A stretch of DNA of 64,000 nucleotides from Bacteroidaceae bacterium (GCA_017546505.1 JAFYWV010000031.1:9871-73870); one strand, 5' to 3'; shown: positions 15,813 through 26,143, numbered from the stretch's first letter. Made by a program: numbers and translations. Notes: generated by a model from the letters alone, not told the origin.

Positions 15813-18335
15813 ATGATATATCCGCAGAATTTTGAAACGAGAATTGAGTTTGATGCCATACGTCGTATGCTCAAGGAGGAGTGTCTCAGCCCGTTGGGCA
15901 GGGAGCGTGTCGATGATATGCTTTTTATGACAGATTTTATTGCTATCCTCAAGCGCCTTGATGAGGTGGTGGAATTCTTGCAAATTTTGCGGGTTGAGGA
16001 GGCTTTCCCGTCCGATTTCTATTTTGATGTGCGTGAGCCGTTGCAGCGCATCCGCATAGAGGGAATGTATATGTCGGCCGAGGAACTTTTTTCGTTGCGC
16101 CGTTCACTTGACACCATCGGGCGCATCTTGTCATTGCTGCGCAAGCAAAGCGGCAGTGCCGCCGACGGTGAGGACTCTCCTCTTTACCCCTCACTGCGTG
16201 CTTTGGCCGGTGATGTCGAGGCTTTTCCGCGCATAATACGCGACATTGATGCAATCATTGACAAGTTCGGCTCGGTCAAGGACAGTGCTTCACCGGCTCT
16301 TGCCCGCATACGTGGCGACCTTGCCCGTACATCCAGCGGCATTTCGCGCACGTTGAACAGCATTCTGCGCAAAGCACAGGCCGATGGACTGGTTGAGAAG
16401 GATGCCTCGCCCACAATGCGCGACGGCCGCCTTGTAATCCCTGTTGCTCCGGCGCTCAAACGCAAGATGGGCGGTATAGTACACGATGAATCGGCAAGCG
16501 GAAAGACTGTTTTCATTGAGCCGGCCGAGGTGGTGGAGGCCAATAACCGCATACGTGAACTCGAGGCCGAGGAAAAACGCGAAATCATAGCCATCCTCAC
16601 CGCTTTCTCGCTTGAGTTGCGCCCGCAAGTGCCGCAACTGTTGCAGGCATACGAGTTTTTGGGCGAGATGGATTTCATACGCGCAAAGGCCGAGCTTGCG
16701 GCACGTTTCAATGCCGTGAAGCCTTCGCTCGACAACCGTCCTATGATGGACTGGGGAACTGCAATCCATCCGCTGCTCGAGATGTCGTTGCGCAAGCACG
16801 GGCGCAAGATGTCGCCGCTGGACATTGAACTTGACGGCGAACGCCGCATTCTGCTCATTTCGGGTCCCAATGCCGGTGGAAAATCGGTGTGTCTCAAAAC
16901 TGCCGGTCTGTTGCAGTATATGCTCCAGTGCGGAATGCTCATTCCGGTTCACGAGCGCAGTCGTGCCGGCATCTTCAAGAGTCTTTTCATTGATATTGGC
17001 GACCAGCAGAGCATCGAGGACGATTTGAGTACCTACTCGAGCCATCTGCTCAATATGAAACACACGCTGCGCAACTGCGACAGCCACTCGCTCATCCTCA
17101 TTGACGAGTTCGGTGGCGGAACTGAGCCGCTCATTGGTGCAGCCATTGCCGAGGCTCTTCTCAAACGTTTCAACGAGCGCGGCGCGTTCGGCATAATCAC
17201 CACACACTATCAGAACCTAAAGCACTTTGCCGATGCCACTCCGGGCATTGTCAACGGTGCAATGCTATATGACCGTGGTGAAATGCGCCCCCTCTTCCAG
17301 TTGCAGATTGGCAACCCCGGCTCATCGTTTGCCGTTGAGATTGCACGCAAGATAGGGCTTCCCGAGGAGGTCATTGCCGACGCTTCGCAGATTGTGGGCA
17401 GCGACTACATACAAAGCGACAAATATCTGCAGGACATTGTGCGTGACAAACGCTACTGGGAGAGCAAGCGCAAGAATGTGCATCAGAAGGAAAAGGAACT
17501 CGATGAAATCTTGGGCAAGGTGCAGGAGCAGGGCGATGAACTGAAAAAGAGTCGCAAGCAGATTTTGAAAGATGCGCGCGATGAGGCAGAGCGTCTGTTG
17601 CGCGAGGCTAATGCAAAGATAGAGAATACAATACGTACCATTGTCGAGGCTAAGGCCGAGAAAGAACGCACACGTCAGGCGCGTCAGGAGTTGAACGATT
17701 TCAGCAAGCAGCTCGAGGAACTTGCAAAGCAGAAACTACAGATGCAGACCGACCGTGAGATGGCAAAGATTTTGGCACGTCAGGAGCGCAAGAAAAACGG
17801 CAAGCAGCAGAAGAACGGCAATACCCCAGTTGGTGCTGATAAAAAACAGTTGCAGCCCGAGCCAAAGAAACCACAGATAACAGCCGGTATGTATGTGCGC
17901 ATAACCGGGCAACAGGCTATTGGCGAGGTGATGTCGTTATCAAAGAGTTCGGCTGTGGTACGTTTTGGAGCAATAAAGTCGACAGTTGCCATTGACAGAT
18001 TACAACCAAGCGAGGCTCCAAAGGAGGAGGTGCGCAAGGTATCGTTCCTCTCAAGTGAGACACAGGAGCAACTGCATCACAAACGCCTTAACTTCAAGGA
18101 AGATATCGACATACGCGGAATGCGTGGCGAGGAGGCTGTGCAGGCCGTGGGTTATTTCCTTGACGATGCTGTTGTTTGCAATGTACACCGCTTGCGCATT
18201 CTTCACGGCACAGGCAACGGCATACTGCGCACCCTTGTGCGTCAGTATTTGAGTACAATGCCGTTTGTTAGGACATTTCACGACGAACACGTGCAGTTTG
18301 GCGGTGCCGGAATAACTGTTGTTGAGCTGGAATAA
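15813..18335 (+). CDS. mutS2: Endonuclease MutS2 (MutS domain V ATPase plus C-terminal Smr)
   Basis: The track start at 15720 is a TTG extension. The ATG at 15813 gives MIYPQNFETRIEFD. Walker A is ISGPNAGGKS, followed by a long coiled-coil and a C-terminal Smr (DIRGMRGEEA...LRILHGTGNGILR). Confidence 0.9.
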   Translation: MIYPQNFETRIEFDAIRRMLKEECLSPLGRERVDDMLFMTDFIAILKRLDEVVEFLQILRVEEAFPSDFYFDVREPLQRIRIEGMYMSAEELFSLRRSLDTIGRILSLLRKQSGSAADGEDSPLYPSLRALAGDVEAFPRIIRDIDAIIDKFGSVKDSASPALARIRGDLARTSSGISRTLNSILRKAQADGLVEKDASPTMRDGRLVIPVAPALKRKMGGIVHDESASGKTVFIEPAEVVEANNRIRELEAEEKREIIAILTAFSLELRPQVPQLLQAYEFLGEMDFIRAKAELAARFNAVKPSLDNRPMMDWGTAIHPLLEMSLRKHGRKMSPLDIELDGERRILLISGPNAGGKSVCLKTAGLLQYMLQCGMLIPVHERSRAGIFKSLFIDIGDQQSIEDDLSTYSSHLLNMKHTLRNCDSHSLILIDEFGGGTEPLIGAAIAEALLKRFNERGAFGIITTHYQNLKHFADATPGIVNGAMLYDRGEMRPLFQLQIGNPGSSFAVEIARKIGLPEEVIADASQIVGSDYIQSDKYLQDIVRDKRYWESKRKNVHQKEKELDEILGKVQEQGDELKKSRKQILKDARDEAERLLREANAKIENTIRTIVEAKAEKERTRQARQELNDFSKQLEELAKQKLQMQTDREMAKILARQERKKNGKQQKNGNTPVGADKKQLQPEPKKPQITAGMYVRITGQQAIGEVMSLSKSSAVVRFGAIKSTVAIDRLQPSEAPKEEVRKVSFLSSETQEQLHHKRLNFKEDIDIRGMRGEEAVQAVGYFLDDAVVCNVHRLRILHGTGNGILRTLVRQYLSTMPFVRTFHDEHVQFGGAGITVVELE

Positions 18336-18394
18336 GGAAAAATGTCTAAACGTAAAGCTACGGTTAAGCGAGCGTAATACAAGTGAACTCGCCT

Positions 18395-19261
18395 TTATTT
18401 TGCTATGGCTGCAATCAAAAACATCAGCGAAAAGAGAAGCAATGTTACTGCGGTCTTGCCAAGCAGGGGATTCAGTGCTGCGCCACTTGAGTGTTTGAGA
18501 CATAGCCAATTTTTCAAGTGTAGGACTATATATGTCAAAATCACCGCCACGCTCCACCAGTGCAGAATTCTCCACACCGGCAACATTGCTGCCATTGCCA
18601 CCACTCCCGATAGCAGATAGCACCAACCCATCACCTTGCGCCCGAAGATAACCACTGTGGTCTTCTTGTTCACAGCCTTGTCGTCCTCCATATCCCTATA
18701 GTTGTTCACAACGAGTACGTTGGCTGCAAGTAACCCCACGGCAAGCGATGTGAGTAGCGTACAGTGGTCGAACGTTCCTGTTTGTAAGTAACAGGTGAAT
18801 GTGACAGGGACAATTCCAAAGAATATGATTACAGCAACATCACCCAATCCGTGGTGTGATAGAGGGTAAGGGCCTGCGCTGTATCCCAGCGCAAACAGCG
18901 CAATAGTAGCACCAACGAAGATAAGCCACCAAGGACCAAAGAACAGCATTGTGCAACCAATAGTTGCCGCAACCATAAGTGTCGTATATGTGGCACGTTT
19001 CATTGCAAGGGGAGAAATATCTCCTTCGGTAACTCCACGGCGGAAACCCTCGCGCCCCTTCTTGTCGATGCCGTTCTTGTAATCATAGTACTCATTCCCG
19101 AAATTCGAAGCAATCTGTGCCAACCCTGCAAACAACACACACAGTAATGCCACAACGGCATTGAATGAGCCCTGTAGCAAGGCACATCCGGTGCCGCAAA
19201 TAACGCCGGCAAGGCTCACCGGCAGCGTTCTCAAACGCATTGCTTCAATCCACTTTTTCAT
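18395..19261 (-). CDS. menA: 1,4-dihydroxy-2-naphthoate polyprenyltransferase
   Basis: UbiA-family polytopic protein with MKKWIEAMRLRTLPVS, NEYYDYKNGIDK and NNYRDMEDD motifs. The start was trimmed from a TTG extension to the ATG that overlaps the upstream stop (ATGA). Confidence 0.85.
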   Translation of the reverse strand: MKKWIEAMRLRTLPVSLAGVICGTGCALLQGSFNAVVALLCVLFAGLAQIASNFGNEYYDYKNGIDKKGREGFRRGVTEGDISPLAMKRATYTTLMVAATIGCTMLFFGPWWLIFVGATIALFALGYSAGPYPLSHHGLGDVAVIIFFGIVPVTFTCYLQTGTFDHCTLLTSLAVGLLAANVLVVNNYRDMEDDKAVNKKTTVVIFGRKVMGWCYLLSGVVAMAAMLPVWRILHWWSVAVILTYIVLHLKNWLCLKHSSGAALNPLLGKTAVTLLLFSLMFLIAAIAK

Positions 19262-20139
19262 CTTTGCGGGGTGTTTGGCTTGTGCTCTTCTTTTTGTCTT
19301 ATGCAATATACGTATATAAGCAGAATAATATTCATCAGCAGGGCGTATATTATAGCCGGCAGAGCCATCTCGCCGCTGTTGAAAATAAATGGTGATGATG
19401 CAATGGCAATGGCCTGTGCCGCATTCTGCATTCCAACCTCAATGACAATTGTGCGTCTGATGGCTGCGCTTGAACCACCTATGCGCGATAATCCACCACT
19501 GCACAACATCGCAAGCAGAATGAGCAATGCACCCGATAGACCAAGAATGGTGAAATTGTCAACAATCTCTCGCCAATATTGCAGGAAAAATACCGTTGCC
19601 AGTGTCATCAATGCCGGGAACGCCAATTTGCCAAGCACCTTCGCAACTTTTCTTGCCGCATTAGGCCTTATTCTACGGAATATACTGCCTGCCAATAACG
19701 GAACAAACAGCAATACAATGTTCTGCATAAAAAGTTTGCCGATGGGCAGGTGTATATCACAGCCGTTGCTGCTTGATACAAATTCGGCAACAAAAGCCAT
19801 TATCACCGGCAAGGTAAACAGTGTGATAATGCTGCTTGCTGCAGTAAGGGTTACAGAGAGTGCTACATCTCCTTTGGCCAACATTGAAAAGACATTGGAC
19901 GAACTGCCACCCGGGCAACACGCCACAAGCACCAGACCCATAAAATAGACAGGCGGCAGCTTCAGTAGCCACGCCACCGAAAAAGCTATCAGCGGCAGAA
20001 GAATAACCTGCCCGACAAGTCCCAGCAGCACCGCTTTGGGCTGCCTTGCAACATTTGCGAAAGCCTCTCTGTTAAGGTCAATGCCCAACAGGAACATCAA
20101 TACAATCAGTATAGGCATCACAATCCATATAGTGTTCAT
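19258..20139 (-). CDS. Bile acid:sodium symporter (BASS) family transporter
   Basis: 293 aa and polytopic. CCPGGSSSNVFSMLAKGDVALSV is the typical BASS signature. Confidence 0.8.
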   Translation of the reverse strand: MNTIWIVMPILIVLMFLLGIDLNREAFANVARQPKAVLLGLVGQVILLPLIAFSVAWLLKLPPVYFMGLVLVACCPGGSSSNVFSMLAKGDVALSVTLTAASSIITLFTLPVIMAFVAEFVSSSNGCDIHLPIGKLFMQNIVLLFVPLLAGSIFRRIRPNAARKVAKVLGKLAFPALMTLATVFFLQYWREIVDNFTILGLSGALLILLAMLCSGGLSRIGGSSAAIRRTIVIEVGMQNAAQAIAIASSPFIFNSGEMALPAIIYALLMNIILLIYVYCIRQKEEHKPNTPQR

Positions 20140-20174
20140 AACGGAAATCTTTTACAATCATTTTATTACATCTG

Positions 20175-20206
20175 CAAAAATAAGACGAATATTCGGTTTC
20201 ATCAAA
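20175..20206 (-). promoter_or_regulatory. Promoter TTTG-N20-TAttTTTG for the BASS-menA operon
   Basis: On the minus strand, TTTG lies at 20206-20203, followed by a 20-nt spacer and TTATTTTTG (20182-20175), 36 nt upstream of the ATG at 20139. Confidence 0.5.
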
Positions 20207-20460
20207 TTGTAACCCATCTTGTCTACTTTTTGAGGCTGCTACAGGGAAATGGCCCGTTTATAGGAAAACGCACCTTTTTTGTTGAAAAACTATAGTTGTA
20301 TAACTTGATTTGCTCTTTTTAGTATCTTTGAAATATCAAATACACCTCCAAGTTAACGAGCGCATTGCATCACAATAAGGATTATTCCGTTGTGAAAACA
20401 TTCAAGGTGGGGCGTAAGCTTCGCCTTTTTTTGTATATGTCCGTTATTGTTTTGTATATA

Positions 20461-20503
20461 AACCACCCGCTCCACGCTGTCAAACAGCGTGGAGCGAGTG
20501 GTT
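20461..20503 (-). terminator. Hairpin terminator after the DUF349 gene
   Basis: 19-bp stem with 1 mismatch, aaccacccgctccacgctg / cagcgtggagcgagtggtt, loop tcaaa, located 20 nt after the stop at 20523. Confidence 0.6.
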
Positions 20504-20522
20504 ATGTTCTAAAGGCTTTGTT

Positions 20523-22397
20523 TTACTTTGCCTCTTTTTCTATCTCATCTTCAACAAGGTGTATCTTTTCAAGGATTACCTTTGCGTCGAGCTTGAGTTT
20601 CTCAACCTTCTGGCGCATTACGTCGACAAGGCTTGCGCCTTTCTTGTTGGATACGCTAAGGAAGCCTATGTTGTTCTCGTATGTGGCTATCTCGTTTTTC
20701 ATTGCCTCGTACTGGCGGATGAGGTGGTCGCGTTCACGCTGCAGGCTGCCTGCGCCTTTGCCTATGTTGTTGCGGAAGTTGGCGAGCTTGCGTTCGTTGG
20801 CATTGATGTGCAACTTTTCATATAGTGCATTGCTTGCCTCGCGGTACTCTTTATAGAGTTTGTCTTTCTCCTTGAAGGGTACAAAACCGATGCTGTTCCA
20901 CTCTTGTGCAAGGGCCTGGAGCTGTTTCGTCTGTTCGCCGGCCGGCAGGGTGGTGTCGATGGCGTTGATTTTCTCGATTACCTGGCGCTTTAGTTTCAGG
21001 TTTTCTTGTTCTACTGTGCGCTGTGACGATGTTGCGCTGTTGCGGCGCTCGAAGAAGTAGTCACAGGCGCTGACAAAGCGTTTCCACAATGCCTCGGAGT
21101 GTTTCTGTGATACGGTTCCAATCTCTTTCCACTCTTTCTGTAGCTTGGTGAGTTTTTCTGCCGTTGCTTTCCAGTCCTCGCTGTCTTTGAGCGCCTCGGC
21201 CTGCTCGCAAAGCTCTTTCTTGCGTTCAAGGTTCTTGCTCTGTGTGTTCTTTGTCTCCTTGAAGAACTCGCTCTTTTGAACGAAGAAGTGGTCGCACGCT
21301 GTGCGGAATCGCTCGAAAATCTTCAGGTTCATCTTCTGTGGCGCAAAGCCAATCTCTTTCCATTTTGCCTGCAAGTCGAGGATTTGCTGTGTTGCGTTGT
21401 TCCAGGCCTGATAGGTGGTGAGCGCTGCAAAATCCATCTGTTCTATCTCCTCGCAGATGGCGGTCTTTTTATCAAGGTTCTCTTGCTCCTTCTCTTTCTT
21501 TGCCTCGAAGTGCTCCTGGTGGCGACGGTTGATGATTGTTGATGCGGCCTTGAAACGATTCCATACCTCCTCGCGCAAATCGGGGGCTACAGGGCCTGTC
21601 TCGCGGAACTCGTTGTGCAGTTGCTGCAACTGACGGAATGCGCTGATGACATCTGTCTCCTCAGCAAGTGCTTCGGCCTGTGTGCAGAGCATTGTCTTTG
21701 TCTCGAGGTTCTTCTTGAAGTCGTACTCGCGGAACTCGCTGTTTATCTTGAGCACGTCATAGAATTGTTCGCCAAGCAACTGATATTGTTTCCAAAGTGG
21801 GGCAACCTGGCTCTGTGGAACATTCTTTATCTCTTTCCACGCTGTTTGCAGTGCACGGAATTCGTTTACTTCGGGGGTGCCTTGTGCTGCCTTTTCTACA
21901 AGCGCTTGCAGTTGCTCGAGCAGTTGCTGTTTCTTCTCATAGTTTTCCTGCATCTCTTTTTCCTGTGCTGCCAACCAAGCATTGCGCTTTGCCTTTATCT
22001 GGCCCAGGTGTTGCTTGAATGTCTCTTCGAGCTCGTCGGGTTGTGGAACAAAGAGTGCTTCTTCGCCTCCATTGGCTATGTGCTCCTTGAGGGCTGTCTC
22101 TATTTCGGCTGTACGCATACGATAGAATTGCACCTTTAGGGATTCAATCTCGGCTTTGCTGTTGAGCGCATCGTCGCTCTGGGCTATAGCCTGGAGACGT
22201 TCGATGATTTCCTGACGGCTAGCCGGTCTTGCAACAGCTGTTTCGTTTACTGCATCTTCTGTTGGCACTTGCGGAGTCTCCTCGTTGATGCTGTTCTGCT
22301 CTGTAAACTCAGTCGTAGCGGCGTTGACAGCCTCATCAGGAGTACTCGTAATGTTCAGCTCTTGTGGCTGTACATTCGATTTGATACTTTCGCTCAT
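20523..22397 (-). CDS. DUF349 repeat protein
   Basis: 624 aa. Acidic N-terminus followed by about 5 helical repeats of the pattern W..F......D.FF (for example ALWKRFVSACDYFFERR and IFERFRTACDHFFVQK). Confidence 0.8.
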   Translation of the reverse strand: MSESIKSNVQPQELNITSTPDEAVNAATTEFTEQNSINEETPQVPTEDAVNETAVARPASRQEIIERLQAIAQSDDALNSKAEIESLKVQFYRMRTAEIETALKEHIANGGEEALFVPQPDELEETFKQHLGQIKAKRNAWLAAQEKEMQENYEKKQQLLEQLQALVEKAAQGTPEVNEFRALQTAWKEIKNVPQSQVAPLWKQYQLLGEQFYDVLKINSEFREYDFKKNLETKTMLCTQAEALAEETDVISAFRQLQQLHNEFRETGPVAPDLREEVWNRFKAASTIINRRHQEHFEAKKEKEQENLDKKTAICEEIEQMDFAALTTYQAWNNATQQILDLQAKWKEIGFAPQKMNLKIFERFRTACDHFFVQKSEFFKETKNTQSKNLERKKELCEQAEALKDSEDWKATAEKLTKLQKEWKEIGTVSQKHSEALWKRFVSACDYFFERRNSATSSQRTVEQENLKLKRQVIEKINAIDTTLPAGEQTKQLQALAQEWNSIGFVPFKEKDKLYKEYREASNALYEKLHINANERKLANFRNNIGKGAGSLQRERDHLIRQYEAMKNEIATYENNIGFLSVSNKKGASLVDVMRQKVEKLKLDAKVILEKIHLVEDEIEKEAK

Positions 22398-22494
22398 TGT
22401 TTTTTAATTTATAGGTTTATAAAATGCAATGTAAAAAACATTGCGGCTCTTCATTTTTCAACGAAAAGCCATCAATGTTTCTCTTCAGTTTCTG

Positions 22495-22502
22495 CAAATA
22501 TA
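22495..22502 (-). promoter_or_regulatory. -7 box TAtaTTTG upstream of the DUF349 gene
   Basis: The minus strand reads ccatTATATTTGcag, about 98 nt upstream of the ATG at 22397. No -33 element at the canonical spacing. Confidence 0.35.
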
Positions 22503-22584
22503 ATGGATATTTTAAGAATTGGTTTAAATTTTCAAGAAAAAAAGGTTTTTGTGGGTTTTTTAGCCCTTAATGCCTTTTTTGTCA

Positions 22585-23805
22585 TTATTCCAATTCCACA
22601 TCGATTATGCAGGGGAATGCGTAGCTGCGGTCGTTGCGCAGGTTGAGGCTACGGTGCAGGTTGGCTATTGTGCGGCGTGGCTTCACGCGCGCAACCTTCT
22701 TTCCTTTATAACGGATGGTGACCTTCTTGTCGAGGTTGACAAGGCGGTCGTTGAGGTAGATGGTGAGCTTGCTGTAGTCGCAATGCTCGATGTTTATGTT
22801 GTTGCCGTCGATGTTTGCAATGACGGTCTTTCCCTGTTCTACTTCGCTGCCCGGGGCTGTGAGCCAATAGAAATGTTCGCGTGTCACAAGCTCCTGTCGC
22901 CATACTATCTGCTTGGGGTAGGGGATGCGGCGGTATTGCGCCATCCAGCTGAGTGCGGCAGTGTCGGCCTGTTCCATCCAGTGTCCTTTGTCCTTTAGAA
23001 TGTGGCTGCTGTGTATGTATTTGCCGGGGTGGGCTGCGCTGAGCGAGTCCATTACCAGTGCTTTCTCCTTTGCCAATGTGTTGCGGTTGTAGTAGTGGTC
23101 GTTCTCGCCCATCCAAATCATATAGGGGGTGTTCATCAGGTTTACCTGTGACGACTCTCCCGGGTGGCCTGCCATCATTGACGCTGCTGCCCATTTGTCG
23201 GCCATTCGGGGTGCAACACGCCAAACTCCGTCTCCACCGGCCGAATAGCCAAGCAGATAGACCTTATTGGGGTTTACGCCCTCGAATACGACACAGGCTC
23301 TGATGACATCCTCGAGCAACTCGTCGAGTCCTTTGCGATGCCACAGGTCGGATGTGTTCCAGGGTGCGCGTGGGGCAACATATACTCCTTCGAACGGCTC
23401 ATAGAGGTAAATCTGGTTATACCACTGCTCGTCGTTGACCTCTTTGGGGCAATTTCCGCCGCCGTGCATTGATATGTAGAGGCTGTGGCCGTCCCTTGGG
23501 GTGACGCCGAACACGCGGCAAGCACAGGCAAGTTTTATCGAGTCGTGCGAGATTGTCATACGTTTCCATTGGTTACCGAGCTCTTCGGCGCTTTTTCTGA
23601 GCCAAAGTGAGTCGATGATGTATGCCGCTTCGTCACAGTCGGCCTTGCCGAGTGCCTTGTTTGCAAATTTTTGATTGGTGAGTTCGCCGTTTGGAGCTTT
23701 GAGCCACTCGTTGAATTCTGTTATCTGCGCCGTTGATGTGCAGGGAGTAAAAAGCAATAATGCCACAATGGTGGCTATTAATGCAATGGGGTTGTGTTTT
23801 TTCAT
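22585..23805 (-). CDS. Secreted alpha/beta-hydrolase-fold esterase (PHB-depolymerase/feruloyl-esterase-like)
   Basis: 406 aa with signal peptide/lipobox-like LLLFTPCTS. Motifs are SMHGGG and nucleophile elbow GYSAGG, with an extra C-terminal beta-rich domain. Confidence 0.6.
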   Translation of the reverse strand: MKKHNPIALIATIVALLLFTPCTSTAQITEFNEWLKAPNGELTNQKFANKALGKADCDEAAYIIDSLWLRKSAEELGNQWKRMTISHDSIKLACACRVFGVTPRDGHSLYISMHGGGNCPKEVNDEQWYNQIYLYEPFEGVYVAPRAPWNTSDLWHRKGLDELLEDVIRACVVFEGVNPNKVYLLGYSAGGDGVWRVAPRMADKWAAASMMAGHPGESSQVNLMNTPYMIWMGENDHYYNRNTLAKEKALVMDSLSAAHPGKYIHSSHILKDKGHWMEQADTAALSWMAQYRRIPYPKQIVWRQELVTREHFYWLTAPGSEVEQGKTVIANIDGNNINIEHCDYSKLTIYLNDRLVNLDKKVTIRYKGKKVARVKPRRTIANLHRSLNLRNDRSYAFPCIIDVELE

Positions 23806-23812
23806 TGTATTG

Positions 23813-25165
23813 TTATGACATTATTTGGCTCAGCAACATTGATATTATCATATAGAATGTCATACCGCTGAGGTCGTTTATAATCTGTATGAACGGTCCT
23901 GTGGCAACCGCCGGGTTTATGTTTATTCTCTCGAGTACCATAGGGATAAAGGTTCCGAACCCGGAGGCAAAGAGCACTACCACAAAAAGGCTCAGTGGAA
24001 CAGCAAGGGTGACAATGTCTACTGCTCCATACATAAAGAAGTTGTAGACGTAGACCATAAGTGACAGAATTGTCGCGTTTATTATGGCCACGACCATCTC
24101 CTTGAGAATATGCTTGAAAATGTGCTTGGGGTTCAGTGAGTTGTTGGCAAGTCCCTGCACGGCTATGGCCGATGACTGTGTGCCTACATTTCCTCCCATT
24201 CCGGCAAGCAGTGGAATGAAGAGTGCCATCTCGGGGTGGTTGCCCAGTGTGTTGGTGAAACAGTTGAGCAGCAGTGACGAACCGATACCTCCCAACATAC
24301 CGATGATTAGCCACGGCAAGCGTGCCTTTGACTGCACGAACACGCTGTCGCTGGTCTCCACATCCTGGGTAAGACCGGCGGTGAGCTGTTGGTCGTGCTC
24401 GGTCTGTTCACGTACCTCGTCCATAATGTCGTCGACGGTAATCTGGCCCACCAGGCGGTTGATTTTATCGACAACCGGTATTGCCACAAGGTTGTACTTC
24501 TCAATGAGCATTGTAACCTCGTCGATTGGGGTGTCAACGTCTACGCTGATGATTTTTGTGTCCATCACGTGCTTTACTTTTGACACAGATGGGCTGGTTA
24601 TCATCTTTTTAAGCGGGAAGAGGCCGCAAAGACGCTCGTCGTCGTCCACAACGTAAATATAGTATATGTCGTCAAGTTCCTCGGCCTGCTGACGCATCTC
24701 TTTCAGGCACTCGGGCATACTCCAGTTGCTGTTGACGACAACCATCTCGGTACTCATAAGACCACCGGCCGTGTCCTCGTCATACTGCAACAGGTCGACG
24801 ATGTCACCGGCGAGTTCAATATCCTGGATGTTGGAGAGCACCTCCTCCTGTTTCTCCTCGTCCATATCACGGATAATCTCTACGGCGTCGTCAGTGTCCA
24901 TATAGTTGACGAAACGCTTGGCAATGGCTTCGGAGGGGAGCTCTTCAAGGAGGTCGTTACGCAGGTCTTCGTCCATCTCTATGAGGGCGTCGGCTGCTGT
25001 CTCGTTGTCGAGTTGGCGGTAGAGGAAACGCGCCTGTTCTGTGGTGAGTTCAAGGCATATCTCGGCAATATCGGCTGGGTGCAGTCTTGAAACGGACTCC
25101 TGCAACAGCACGGAGTCTTTTTTCTCTATCAGCTCCTTTATGTGGTTTACGAATTCCTGTGTCAT
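23813..25165 (-). CDS. mgtE: Magnesium transporter MgtE
   Basis: 450 aa. N-domain, two CBS domains and a C-terminal 5-TM MgtE domain (PLLAGMGGNVGTQSS). Confidence 0.95.
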   Translation of the reverse strand: MTQEFVNHIKELIEKKDSVLLQESVSRLHPADIAEICLELTTEQARFLYRQLDNETAADALIEMDEDLRNDLLEELPSEAIAKRFVNYMDTDDAVEIIRDMDEEKQEEVLSNIQDIELAGDIVDLLQYDEDTAGGLMSTEMVVVNSNWSMPECLKEMRQQAEELDDIYYIYVVDDDERLCGLFPLKKMITSPSVSKVKHVMDTKIISVDVDTPIDEVTMLIEKYNLVAIPVVDKINRLVGQITVDDIMDEVREQTEHDQQLTAGLTQDVETSDSVFVQSKARLPWLIIGMLGGIGSSLLLNCFTNTLGNHPEMALFIPLLAGMGGNVGTQSSAIAVQGLANNSLNPKHIFKHILKEMVVAIINATILSLMVYVYNFFMYGAVDIVTLAVPLSLFVVVLFASGFGTFIPMVLERININPAVATGPFIQIINDLSGMTFYMIISMLLSQIMS

Positions 25166-25177
25166 AAATCTCAGCTT

Positions 25178-25963
25178 TTATGCCAAATCTCGTTCAACTT
25201 TGTTTGTCAGTTCTATAAAGTCTTCTATCGACAATTGTTCGGGGCGCTTGTCAAGAACGGGGTCACTCAGCAGTGGCGACTCCTTGCCGACAATCTGTTG
25301 TATGGAGTTACGCAGTTTCTTGCGTCTTTGGTTGAATGTCCCTTTTACAATCTTGCGGAACAAATCCTCGTTGCACTCCAGTTCTGTGCGGCTGTTGCGC
25401 CTCATCAATACTACGGCACTTTTTACCTTTGGAGGGGGCGAGAACACATTCTCGTCAACGGTGAAAAGGTATTCGACATCGTACCACAGTTGTATGAAGA
25501 TGCTCAGTATACCGTATGCTTTTGTGCCGGGCTTGGCAGCAAGGCGCTCACCCACCTCTTTCTGTATCATTCCGCTACAGTATGGAATGAACTCCTTGTA
25601 GTCGAGCATCTTGAAGAATATCTGGCTCGAAATGTTATAAGGATAATTTCCGGTGAGCATAAATTGTTCGCCACCGAACAGACGGTCGAGGTGCATCTTG
25701 AGGAAATCGTCGGGGATGATGTTCTCCTCCTGCAACTGTGGCAGGTTGTTACAAAGGTATGCAACCGACTCTTCGTCAATTTCAACAACCTTCAACGCGT
25801 GGGGCTTCTCAAGCAGAAAACGGGTGAGTACGCCCATTCCCGGACCAACCTCCAGGACCGGGATGCCGGGACAAACGTCAACGGTATCTGCAATTCTTTT
25901 TGCAATGGACAAATCTATGAGGAAATGTTGTCCTAACCTTTTTTTTGCGGTAACTTCTTTCAT
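25178..25963 (-). CDS. rsmA: 16S rRNA (adenine1518/1519-N6)-dimethyltransferase
   Basis: The ATG at 25963 gives MKEVTAKKRLGQHFL. The SAM motif is VLEVGPGMGVLT, plus GNYPYNISS. The track start at 26038 is an extension. Confidence 0.9.
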   Translation of the reverse strand: MKEVTAKKRLGQHFLIDLSIAKRIADTVDVCPGIPVLEVGPGMGVLTRFLLEKPHALKVVEIDEESVAYLCNNLPQLQEENIIPDDFLKMHLDRLFGGEQFMLTGNYPYNISSQIFFKMLDYKEFIPYCSGMIQKEVGERLAAKPGTKAYGILSIFIQLWYDVEYLFTVDENVFSPPPKVKSAVVLMRRNSRTELECNEDLFRKIVKGTFNQRRKKLRNSIQQIVGKESPLLSDPVLDKRPEQLSIEDFIELTNKVERDLA

Positions 25964-26074
25964 TGCAGCTTGCTTTTTTTTTTGTATGCTTGAAAAATGT
26001 CCGGCAAATCCCAAGACAAAGGGCTTTGATTGAAACAAATTCTAAAAAAAGCCGTGTTTCTTTAATAATTACAT

Positions 26075-26082
26075 TATCTTTG
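26075..26082 (+). promoter_or_regulatory. -7 box TAtcTTTG upstream of the UPF0104 gene
   Basis: acatTATCTTTGcaa lies about 62 nt upstream of the start at 26144. Confidence 0.4.
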
Positions 26083-26143
26083 CAATGTTGCCCATTGCTG
26101 TGTTGCAAAGGTAACGAAAACAATTAAAAATGTTTCTAAAGTT

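Noticed and set aside
16184-17207. 252-aa and 305-aa minus-strand ORFs
   Set aside because: They are antisense to the motif-rich MutS2 ATPase region and have Arg/Ser/Ala-rich shadow-frame composition.
18346-18381. 10-aa basic mini-ORF MSKRKATVKRA between mutS2 and menA
   Set aside because: It is too short to support, with no promoter or conservation evidence available, and it sits in a convergent 3' spacer.
20365-20856. 163-aa plus-strand ORF starting in the intergenic spacer
   Set aside because: It has a TTG start, passes through the terminator hairpin, and then runs antisense into the DUF349 gene. Its composition is hydrophobic and low-complexity.
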